This document shows positions 1 to 8,093 of a stretch of 64,000 nt of DNA, piece after piece. The position numbers were made by a program, and so were the translations under genes. The notes beneath the pieces were generated by a model. The model was not told where the DNA came from and did not search any database. It saw only the letters and a list, made by a program, of their open reading frames with translations. The stretch is from positions 22,459 to 86,458 of the forward strand of contig JAJFIQ010000012.1 of the NCBI GenBank assembly GCA_021774785.1, read 5' to 3'. The number at the start of each line of letters is the position of its first letter. Within the stretch, counting starts at the first letter, position 1. This stretch comes from Emcibacter sp. GTDB taxonomy: Bacteria; Pseudomonadota; Alphaproteobacteria; Sphingomonadales; Emcibacteraceae.

Positions 1-18
1 CTCTGGCTAAAGCCTATG

Positions 19-133
19 CCTAATTAGTTAGGCCATTAAGCATAGTAGTATATCATATATATTAAGATATAGTAAAAAAGACCTATATATTTCTACCATA
101 AGTTGATAATATTGAGAATTATTATTATTTAAA
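19..133 (+). repeat. AT-rich direct repeat, copy A (partner at 3790-3926)
   Basis: cctaattagttaggccattaagcatagtagta...attaagatatagtaaaaaagacc...gttgataatattgagaattattattatttaaa aligns by eye with 3790-3926 (cctaattatttaagtcattaagcataggata...attaatattaagtaaaaagtac...gttgattataataattattattaaatt). Same orientation; diverged, with indels. Confidence 0.55.
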
Positions 134-304
134 GAAGAAATATATTACATATCCACACGGTAAGATGCGCAAGGATGCAAAGGTGCTAACATCCGTTTTT
201 ATTTAAAACAATAGATGTTCTCAGCGTTAACGAATGGAATATGGTAAGGCTGTAAGAAAGTCAGAATTTAAGAGATTTAACGCGCATTCGGAATGATTAA
301 CTAT

Positions 305-1474
305 TTAGGCAATTGGGAATCTGAAATAAACTTTTGTACCAATATTTTTATCTGTTTCAAGTTCAAAACTTCCCCCATTTTGCACACAAAGTTTCTTGGC
401 AATGGGCAATCCTAATCCCATGCCACAATTGGACTTAGTAATGACCTGTTCACCAATTGTAAATGGTTCAAGTTCACTGGATAAAATACGTGATGGAAGA
501 CCGGGCCCCGTATCAAATATGGCGATTGAAACGATATCATTATCTATGGATACGCTCATACCGACAATATCATCTTCCTCTGAAAACTGGATTGCATTCT
601 CTGCTACCTTACGAAAAGCGGTCAACAAATTCATTTTATTGGCAACAATATAAATCTTCAGATCCGGAATAGTTTTGGTGAATATTCTTCTCGACTTCAA
701 GGCAGAAGAATGAAAATATTCAACAAACTCATTATTCAGTAAATTTACAATATTTATCTTCTCTTTGGTTTTTCTCAGCTGCCCCCTTTGACCAACCAAT
801 TCAAGTACATTATCAATTTTTTCAAGTAAATCATGTCCGGCTTTTTTGATATATTCCACATTCTCTAGCAAGTCGGGATCCTGGGTGCTCATCTCAAGAA
901 TTTCAGAAAATCCAATAATATGATTAAGAGGGGTGCGCAACTCATGCGACATATTGGTTAGAAAACTGGACTTTGCTTCATTGGCGGCAACCGCCTCCAA
1001 AAAGAGGTGGTCCAGATTTTTCTGCAATTCCTTCTGATGGGTAATTTCGGTCCTGATAGACACATAATATTCCGGCTTTCCGGTTGCTTCATTTAAAAAC
1101 GGAACGATGGTAGATTGCACCCAATATAATTGACCCGATTTAGTTTTATTGCAAATTTCACCATCCCATATGTGACCGGAAGCAATGGTCCTCCATAAAC
1201 GAATATAAAACTCAGCCCCATGAACATCGGATTTCAGGATACGATGATTAGCACCAATCAATTCGGCATGATCATAACCCGAAACATCACAGAACTTTGA
1301 ATTAACATATATGATGTTGCCTTTAACATCACAAATAGACACCAACGAATGATCATTCAGAACCTGAAGTAATTGTTCAGTAAATCTCTGAGTATCATTT
1401 CCAGGATTATTCATCTTATTGATCTTGTTAAACCAAGTATGCGTCTGAATTCGTTTTCCCACAGTATCTCTCAC
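305..1474 (-). CDS. cytoplasmic PAS-domain sensor histidine kinase (PAS + HisKA + HATPase_c)
   Basis: 389-aa ORF. PAS-like N-terminal half ([28 protein letters not shown]...YWVQSTIVP). H-box [19 protein letters not shown] and G2 box [12 protein letters not shown]. No TM segment. The GTG start overlaps the upstream MCP stop by 4 nt (GTGA). Alternative ATG start at 1414. Confidence 0.85.
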   Translation of the reverse strand: MRDTVGKRIQTHTWFNKINKMNNPGNDTQRFTEQLLQVLNDHSLVSICDVKGNIIYVNSKFCDVSGYDHAELIGANHRILKSDVHGAEFYIRLWRTIASGHIWDGEICNKTKSGQLYWVQSTIVPFLNEATGKPEYYVSIRTEITHQKELQKNLDHLFLEAVAANEAKSSFLTNMSHELRTPLNHIIGFSEILEMSTQDPDLLENVEYIKKAGHDLLEKIDNVLELVGQRGQLRKTKEKINIVNLLNNEFVEYFHSSALKSRRIFTKTIPDLKIYIVANKMNLLTAFRKVAENAIQFSEEDDIVGMSVSIDNDIVSIAIFDTGPGLPSRILSSELEPFTIGEQVITKSNCGMGLGLPIAKKLCVQNGGSFELETDKNIGTKVYFRFPIA

Positions 1475-2718
1475 ATCACTCTAATAGAAGTAACAAATTG
1501 TTCCGATTGTTCTTTCAAATTCTCTATAACATTTTCCATCTCCGTCGATGCCACAACGAGATCATTCGCACGGTCCATCGTAATTTCCGCCGTATCATTA
1601 ACCTTGATAATATTCTGGGACACTTCCGTTGTCGCTTGTGAAGTTTCCTGAATATTACGGCTGATTTCCATGGTTGCAGATGCTTGTTCTTCGGTCGCCG
1701 AAGCAATGGCACTGATAAATTCATTCAGCGATTCAATACTGTTTCTAATACCATTAACGGCCGTAACCGATAATTTGGTTTTATCCTGAATACCGTTAAT
1801 CTGGCCGCCAATTTCACTGGTGGCTTCTGAGGTCTGCTGGGCAAGAGATTTTACCTCTGATGCCACGACTGCAAATCCCCGGCCTGCTTCACCGGCCCTG
1901 GCTGCTTCAATAGTGGCGTTAAGAGCCAGCAGGTTTGTCTGATCAGCAATATCATTAATCATTTTTACAACAAGCCCTATAGATTCAGAGGCTTGGTTGA
2001 GCTCCTCAATCGTTACCGTTGTTGTCGTGGCATCCTGCGCCGCCTCTGAAGTTTGCTCAGAGGATGTATTTATCTGCCGGGAAATTTCTTCTACGGAAGC
2101 ATTTAATTCTTCTGCGGCTGAAGCTACGGTTTGAACATTCACCGTCGCCTCTTCTGCTGCAGCGGCCACTGTACTGGATAAATTTTGTGTGTTTTTAGCA
2201 TCATCAATCAAATTACGGGCATTACCATTTGTTTGCACCGCCACTTGAGATAGTTTGGTTAAAATAGTCATGACATCACTCTCAAAGTTATTCGCCAAAC
2301 CATTTAACTGTTCTTTGCTGAGCTCTTCCTGCTGTTTCATGGCAGAGGAAGCATCATTAATGATCTTCGCACCAACGCCAAAATCCTGCGACATACCACG
2401 GGTCAAAAAAGTACGGTGATACTCCTTTTTCAGCGCAGCTTGCAATGATGCACCGGATTCACGGATGAAAGCATCCGTAAGATCAAAGGCTTTATTAATC
2501 GCCGCGAGTGTTTGAGAAAGGTCACCAAATTGATCCCAATGAATTACCCGCGCCGTCATATCGCCTGCGGCGACTTTAGTGGCCACGTCTTCTATCTGGG
2601 CAAAGGCTGATTTATAAAATGAAATTTCTAGCCGAAGCTGCTCTAGTTCATCATCGTGGACTTCTGATTCTACAATATTTTCAAGCTGTGACTTCTGAAA
2701 AAATTTTAACATACTCAT
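1471..2718 (-). CDS. soluble methyl-accepting chemotaxis protein (no TM, no sensor domain)
   Basis: 415-aa ORF with the highly conserved MCP signalling hairpin ([38 protein letters not shown]). No hydrophobic segments. The N-terminal ~100 aa are paralogous to the 121-aa ORF at 2778-3143. Confidence 0.9.
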   Translation of the reverse strand: MSMLKFFQKSQLENIVESEVHDDELEQLRLEISFYKSAFAQIEDVATKVAAGDMTARVIHWDQFGDLSQTLAAINKAFDLTDAFIRESGASLQAALKKEYHRTFLTRGMSQDFGVGAKIINDASSAMKQQEELSKEQLNGLANNFESDVMTILTKLSQVAVQTNGNARNLIDDAKNTQNLSSTVAAAAEEATVNVQTVASAAEELNASVEEISRQINTSSEQTSEAAQDATTTTVTIEELNQASESIGLVVKMINDIADQTNLLALNATIEAARAGEAGRGFAVVASEVKSLAQQTSEATSEIGGQINGIQDKTKLSVTAVNGIRNSIESLNEFISAIASATEEQASATMEISRNIQETSQATTEVSQNIIKVNDTAEITMDRANDLVVASTEMENVIENLKEQSEQFVTSIRVM

Positions 2719-2777
2719 TCCTTTACAAACTCATAATTATTAAAAAAGGTATCACAAAAAATATGATTTTTAGAAAC

Positions 2778-3143
2778 TCATCTTAATACATGCACTATTT
2801 GTTTCTCGAAATAGTCCTTCAATTCCTTTAACTGTGCTTTTCTAAACTCATCCTGATTTTTTAACTCGGCTTGCTGTAATATCTCGGATTTTCTAATATA
2901 GCTGTCCGTGAAATCATAGGCTTTATTAATGGCAGAAAATACAGGAGACAATTTATCAAGTTCATCCGTATGGGGAACACGCGCAGACAAATTTCCCGCA
3001 GCAAACTTATTGGCGACATCCTCAATCTTTAGAAAGGCATTTCTATAACGTGAGTTTTCCTTACTAAGCTGTTCCAGTTTGCTAAAAAGAAAGGAATAAT
3101 CCAGAGAACTGTCTTCAATTGTTTTTTTAAGCGGCAACATCAT
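2778..3143 (-). CDS. 121-aa protein paralogous to the N-terminal linker region of the adjacent MCP
   Basis: LEQLSKENSRYRNAFLKIEDVANKFAAGNLSARVPHTDELDKLSPVFSAINKAYDFTDSYIRKS aligns with [64 protein letters not shown] of the MCP. The ATG is preceded by GGGGAGAG and overlaps the PAS gene end by 17 nt in another frame. There is no signalling domain. Confidence 0.55.
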   Translation of the reverse strand: MMLPLKKTIEDSSLDYSFLFSKLEQLSKENSRYRNAFLKIEDVANKFAAGNLSARVPHTDELDKLSPVFSAINKAYDFTDSYIRKSEILQQAELKNQDEFRKAQLKELKDYFEKQIVHVLR

Positions 3144-3675
3144 TCTCTCCCCTTAAAGACCAAACAAATTCTGAATATGTTTTACCTTGTTGCTCCAATA
3201 CACTTACCAGCAAAGCAAAACTTGCCTCCAGTCCGGTTTTGGAATTTGTGTGTTTTTTTTCTTCATCCATCAATGCCTGATAGATGCCGGAAATGGCTTC
3301 AATTTCTTTCCTTTCCGGTAGACGCCTGTTTGAATGGTAGCCGATGACCTCGCCATGCTTATCAAGGCTGGGGGTAACATGGGCAAAAACCCAGTAATAT
3401 TTTCCCGTCTTTGACATATTCTTCACATAGGCAAATATTTCGTCTCCGGCATCTATGGTGTCCCAGAGCAATTTAAAAACCGCACGCGGCATGTCAGGGT
3501 GTCGAATAATGCTATGGGGCTGTCCGATTAATTCTTCAGTAGACATTTCTGCTACACGACAAAAGACATCATTGGCATATGTCACTCTGCCTTTTAAATC
3601 CGTCTTGGAAACGATGATCTCATCTTCCCCGTACATACTTTCGATATCTACAGGCATTATTGAATGGAGTTCCAT
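3127..3675 (-). CDS. stand-alone Aer-type (FAD-binding-like) PAS domain protein
   Basis: 182 aa. IIVSKTDLKGRVTYANDVFCRVAEMSTEELIGQPHSIIRHPDMPRAVFKLLWDTIDAGDEIFAYVKNMSKTGKYYWVFAHVTP matches the Aer PAS signature (H..vRHPDMP..F..lW.T...G..w...VKN..K.G..YWV.A.v.P). No output domain. Confidence 0.8.
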   Translation of the reverse strand: MELHSIMPVDIESMYGEDEIIVSKTDLKGRVTYANDVFCRVAEMSTEELIGQPHSIIRHPDMPRAVFKLLWDTIDAGDEIFAYVKNMSKTGKYYWVFAHVTPSLDKHGEVIGYHSNRRLPERKEIEAISGIYQALMDEEKKHTNSKTGLEASFALLVSVLEQQGKTYSEFVWSLRGENDVAA

Positions 3676-3789
3676 AACAAAAATTCCCTTTTAAAAACTG
3701 CCCTTAGTTAACCTATTTTTTTAAATTTTTTTAAATGTGTATAATAATGTGCTCATTATAGTAATGATTACTTATTCTAAATTACTAGC

Positions 3790-3926
3790 CCTAATTATTT
3801 AAGTCATTAAGCATAGGATAATAGTGATAGTAACGATGGCCAGTATTGTATAAATTGTATTAATATTAAGTAAAAAGTACTAATATTCATCAACTTGAGG
3901 TTGATTATAATAATTATTATTAAATT
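3790..3926 (+). repeat. AT-rich direct repeat, copy B (partner at 19-133)
   Basis: See copy A. Lies 115-250 nt upstream of the PAS gene start on the minus strand. Confidence 0.55.
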
Positions 3927-4609
3927 CTGCGGTCACGAAACTATAACTTTTAACCCTCTCCTGTTTCCCTTAACCGCCTGATCTTGGTTATCATTTTTAA
4001 AGTAATTACTTGGGCCGCTGCAGTTGTTTCTCTTATGGCTTCAGCCAGAATAAAACTGCCAACTTTACCCTGCAATAAAAGGGTTTTATATTAACCTCAT
4101 GCGAATCATTCCTTGAATGGCACCTGTATATTATAGACCCTTAACTAAGATAGAGCATGGGAAAGATATTATTATTTAACAACTAAAACATTAACTTAGA
4201 TCAATTATTTTATTTTTCTTTCCAAACTATTTTTTCTTCCTGCCGCCTGTTAGGTAAATGAAGTAAAGGGGGTCTAAAAGTGAACGTTATAATTTCTTGA
4301 AGAAGTCTGATTGCATTTCGATTTTATAACATGCAAGGATATAGCCATGATGTACGGCTCTCTATAATTTAACTGGCACCGATAATTCCATCTATGTGAT
4401 TAGAAGCTTTTGTAGCCAATCCGGGAATTATTCTGCTAAATATTTACACAATTATACGTTGTGCTAATTAAAAGTTACTAATATAGGATTGTAAATCCCT
4501 TGGCCTATATAAATAGCATTAAATATAATAGTCATCATGAATTTTATGATAACCAAAATTATACTTAATAGGGGTATGCCCAATATAAATATAAAATTCC
4601 ACGGCAGGG

Positions 4610-6028
4610 TTACAGCCGAGAGGATTCTGAAATTAAGTTGCTATAATAGGCCAATGATTTTTCGGTACCTTTAACAAGCTTGAAACGCCCATCACCGGTT
4701 GGATAAATGAGTTTCTCTCGAATAAGAATATAAATCCCTTGGCTTAATGCATAGTCCTCATCGTTCTTGGGTAAAAACACTGAAACACCATTCTTGGTAA
4801 GTTCTTTCATTATGCCGATGGCTCTGGTTTTAAGTTCTATTTCCGATAAGGGAAATTCCGTATTATCCTGAAAGACACGGGCTAAAATATTTGTGGGAAG
4901 GACCGGAATAAGCTTATCGATCTTCTCCGCCAGCTCCTGGCCAAAGTTGCCGATCATTTCGCGACGGGCAGAAGGGGACAGTTTTTTAATATCAACCTTG
5001 TTCTTCTTTTGCCAAGCATTAAGCGAAACTGGTTTGCCAAAGTTGGCACAGGAATAGCCAAAAGGTTTATGGCGACGGGGCAGTACATACGTGGTCACGG
5101 TGGCAATAAAACGTAAAAAGGAATAGAGTGAATAAAGTGCCCCCTTGCTTTTAAAGCCCTTATCCTGATTGGCGATCAAGCTTTTAAATTCTGGTATCCT
5201 GTCATAATTCAATGCCGCGGGCACAAAAAGGATGTCTTTACAGTTTCCTTCGTTGTTGGCGCGCATCAAATAATTCATGAGGCCAAGCCTGAGCGAGCGC
5301 ATTTGACCATCGCGCGAAAGCCCGCCTTCAAGGAAAAGCCCTTGCGGCACACATTGGGATGTTGCCAGATAAATATAACGCCTTAACAGGCAATGATATA
5401 GCTTATCGCCACTTCGTTTACGGGATATAATATAAAAACCAAAGGCATGTAAAATTTGCCGAAAGGGAAATGTCAACGCCCATTCGCCAGCGGAATAAGA
5501 AAGGGGAGCGCGGTGAGAGGTCCAATGAATTAACAGCAGGGGATCAAAATTTGACCGATGATTTGATACTAAAACTACTGTTTCATTTTTATCTATTTGG
5601 TCATAGTTACGCTCAGTTTCATAACCGACCCTCACCCAATATAAAAGCTGCAATGAAAATTTTGTCAGCCAGTAACCTAGACGAAAATACAGAAAAGCGT
5701 TGAAGGACGGCACGATCTCATTGGCATATTTAAGGGATTTTTTTCTTATTTCCTCATCTGAGATTTCACCCTCTTTGATTATTTCCGTTATAACTTCCTG
5801 TACGGCCGCATCGCTACGCAGCCGGTCAACCCATAACCGCCGTGAGGCAAGGGCATAAGTAGGCAAGCCGAAATCCAGCTCTTCATCAAGTTTTCGCTCG
5901 GTGGCCTTAAAACGTCTGTAAATTAGTTTTTGTATGACAGGCAGGATGATCAGTTGTAGAAGGCCGTAGGTTGCGAGCAATAGCAGAACAATATAATACC
6001 AGAACTTTAATTCTACAATTTCTGACAT
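4610..6028 (-). CDS. membrane-anchored glycerolipid acyltransferase family protein (PlsB/PlsC-like, HX4D)
   Basis: 472 aa. N-terminal TM (YYIVLLLLATYGLLQLIILPVI). Acyltransferase motif I VSNHRSNFDPLLL and motif III FLEGGLSRDG. Confidence 0.75.
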   Translation of the reverse strand: MSEIVELKFWYYIVLLLLATYGLLQLIILPVIQKLIYRRFKATERKLDEELDFGLPTYALASRRLWVDRLRSDAAVQEVITEIIKEGEISDEEIRKKSLKYANEIVPSFNAFLYFRLGYWLTKFSLQLLYWVRVGYETERNYDQIDKNETVVLVSNHRSNFDPLLLIHWTSHRAPLSYSAGEWALTFPFRQILHAFGFYIISRKRSGDKLYHCLLRRYIYLATSQCVPQGLFLEGGLSRDGQMRSLRLGLMNYLMRANNEGNCKDILFVPAALNYDRIPEFKSLIANQDKGFKSKGALYSLYSFLRFIATVTTYVLPRRHKPFGYSCANFGKPVSLNAWQKKNKVDIKKLSPSARREMIGNFGQELAEKIDKLIPVLPTNILARVFQDNTEFPLSEIELKTRAIGIMKELTKNGVSVFLPKNDEDYALSQGIYILIREKLIYPTGDGRFKLVKGTEKSLAYYSNLISESSRL

Positions 6029-6048
6029 CCCTCACTCCCGATTATTTA

Positions 6049-7512
6049 TTATAGCGTTTCATTCTGTAGGATTTCCGCAAGCTTTTCAAGCGGGGCGGCA
6101 TTATTGATAATTCCCAGGGGAATAGTGAAATGCCCCCGGTTATATATGAACCGATTTTCAGACGGCACATCCCAACAGTCCATCTGCTTATGCGCGGAGG
6201 GCGTCGGGGTCACCGTATCGCGCAAACCCGTTACACTGACAATATTCTTTCCCGCAATACAGGGCTTTGCCTTGGGATCAAGTCTTTCAAGCCAGATCTG
6301 TTCCAGATCCCGGTGCCAGCCCTTTGCTTTCATGGTATCACCAATATTCCAGATATCGGAAAGGGACCCTTCCAGAGCCGTTTCTGAAATATGAGCACAG
6401 TGGGCCGCGATAAAAAGTGCTTGCGGTTTTAGATATTCCGGCCAGTCTCTCGCCTTAACCGCTACGGCCTTGGCCGTTTGTGCCCCAAGACTACTGCCGC
6501 CGATTGCAACGGGGCCTTTGCTGTTGCTTCGGCTCCAATGAATTATGGTTGCCCATTCCTGAAGCTGTGCCGCCATAAACTCGACCATACTGACAGGGAC
6601 TGCGGACAGCAGTTGTTCGCCACCATAATGACCGGGCAAGACCCGCCGGCCATGCCAGGGGGCTTCCGGTTTTATGACCCGAATACCCATGCGGATAAGA
6701 TCACTGACCTCATCAAGTATTTGATGGTAATGGTCGCTCTCTACACAGATGCCATGTCCAAAGATAAGGGTGGGCGGATTCTTAATTCCGTGGGGTTCAT
6801 ATACCCGGGCATATACATGATCATCCATTTCCGTCGACGTAGACTGAAAACGTATCCAATAGTCTTGACCCCGTTCCGTCGTGACACAGCGCGAAACTTC
6901 CACTTCCGGAAATTCTTCTGGTAATTCAAACAAGGCATCCAGCTTTTCCCCCTTGGCGCCAAAACGCTCTGCGACCTCCGCCGGTGTCGGGGGCGATACC
7001 AGAACCGATGTTTTAACCAGCCGTTTCAAGGGCAGAAAAAACTTACGGGTCATATTATAGGCTGTACGGTTATCCAGCCTCATTTCCTCAACAATGGGCA
7101 GCCTCTCCCCAGCCACCTGCTCCGCGCCAAAAAAATAATCATGCCATAATTTTTCGGTGGAGAATGCTTTCAATCGCGCCCTGTCAAAATAATATAGTGC
7201 CTTGGTGATTTGTTTGCGCTGTCTTTCACTTGGAAGGGCCAGCGGGACATATTTGATAAATTTATCCACATCGCCTTCCGCTGCCCGGGCGGCAGCCCAT
7301 AGCCTCGAGAGGGGAAAGAACCAATTTTTAAGAAAATAAAGAATACATAAATCAAACCAGGGCCGGGCAATCAACTTACCGACCGGGGATTTCAAAATAC
7401 GGGTTGCAAAAGAGATATTTCCCTTTGACCGTGAACTCATAAAAATAATCCATTCTGCACGCGCAGTAACAAAACTATAGGGGAATATTAATAAAAAGGG
7501 TCCCAATTTCAA
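6049..7512 (-). CDS. alpha/beta hydrolase fold protein
   Basis: 487-aa ORF with nucleophile elbow GGSSLGA and FGHG upstream. The TTG start at 7512 is 10 nt after the sortase stop. Alternative ATG start at 7440 (MSSRSKG). Confidence 0.7.
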   Translation of the reverse strand: MKLGPFLLIFPYSFVTARAEWIIFMSSRSKGNISFATRILKSPVGKLIARPWFDLCILYFLKNWFFPLSRLWAAARAAEGDVDKFIKYVPLALPSERQRKQITKALYYFDRARLKAFSTEKLWHDYFFGAEQVAGERLPIVEEMRLDNRTAYNMTRKFFLPLKRLVKTSVLVSPPTPAEVAERFGAKGEKLDALFELPEEFPEVEVSRCVTTERGQDYWIRFQSTSTEMDDHVYARVYEPHGIKNPPTLIFGHGICVESDHYHQILDEVSDLIRMGIRVIKPEAPWHGRRVLPGHYGGEQLLSAVPVSMVEFMAAQLQEWATIIHWSRSNSKGPVAIGGSSLGAQTAKAVAVKARDWPEYLKPQALFIAAHCAHISETALEGSLSDIWNIGDTMKAKGWHRDLEQIWLERLDPKAKPCIAGKNIVSVTGLRDTVTPTPSAHKQMDCWDVPSENRFIYNRGHFTIPLGIINNAAPLEKLAEILQNETL

Positions 7513-7522
7513 GCAGGGTATC

Positions 7523-8092
7523 TCAATCCCCTATTGCCTGCAAATCTAAAACAGCAGAAACAATGAATCTTTTTGTAGATGAAGCCCTTAAATCATCAAA
7601 CGGATAACATGTGATCAGTGATAACCTACTATAATCATTATTCATCAAAAGGTCAGTTTCATTGATATCAACGATCTGAATATCGTCTACTTTATAGCGG
7701 TAAGGAAGCCCATTTCCATCCGTAATTTCAAAAATATCACCCATTTTTACATCTTTGAGAAAACGAAAATGGCTGGTGCGATGCGCACTGATTATACTAT
7801 GCCCCACCCCCCCCGGTCGCATACTCCCAGATAACAAGCCGGGCGCAAAGGCAAGTGTTCGTCCTGTTGCGCCCGCTAATACGATATAATGTTTATCAAG
7901 TCGACTATAGACCAGCTTGGCAACCGGCCATGTATCGGCCCAAGGCCAGGGCTTTATCTGTTTTCCGCCATCCAGCGTTTGTTGCCATGATACGTCCAAC
8001 AGATGTTGGCCCAATATGGCCTTGGCTTTTAAATATATACCATCGAAAAACAAGCAAAACCCAATTGCAAATATAGCAATGACGGTTTTCAT
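7523..8092 (-). CDS. sortase, marine proteobacterial type (class GN/6)
   Basis: 189 aa. N-terminal TM anchor, catalytic His region (GHSIISAHRTSHF) and TLxTC-type Cys motif LSLITCYPF. Sits immediately downstream of a VIT-vWA protein carrying a C-terminal sorting signal. Confidence 0.85.
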   Translation of the reverse strand: MKTVIAIFAIGFCLFFDGIYLKAKAILGQHLLDVSWQQTLDGGKQIKPWPWADTWPVAKLVYSRLDKHYIVLAGATGRTLAFAPGLLSGSMRPGGVGHSIISAHRTSHFRFLKDVKMGDIFEITDGNGLPYRYKVDDIQIVDINETDLLMNNDYSRLSLITCYPFDDLRASSTKRFIVSAVLDLQAIGD

Positions 8093-8093
8093 A

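Noticed and set aside
173-200. Hairpin ggatg-N12-catcc followed by gttttta
   Set aside because: A 5-bp stem with a long loop is too weak to call a terminator, and no upstream plus-strand gene is visible in the window.
3950-4080. Possible pseudogene remnant on the minus strand (…GKVGSFILAEAIRETTAAAQVI…)
   Set aside because: It is short, bounded by stops, and has no family-specific motif I can recognise.
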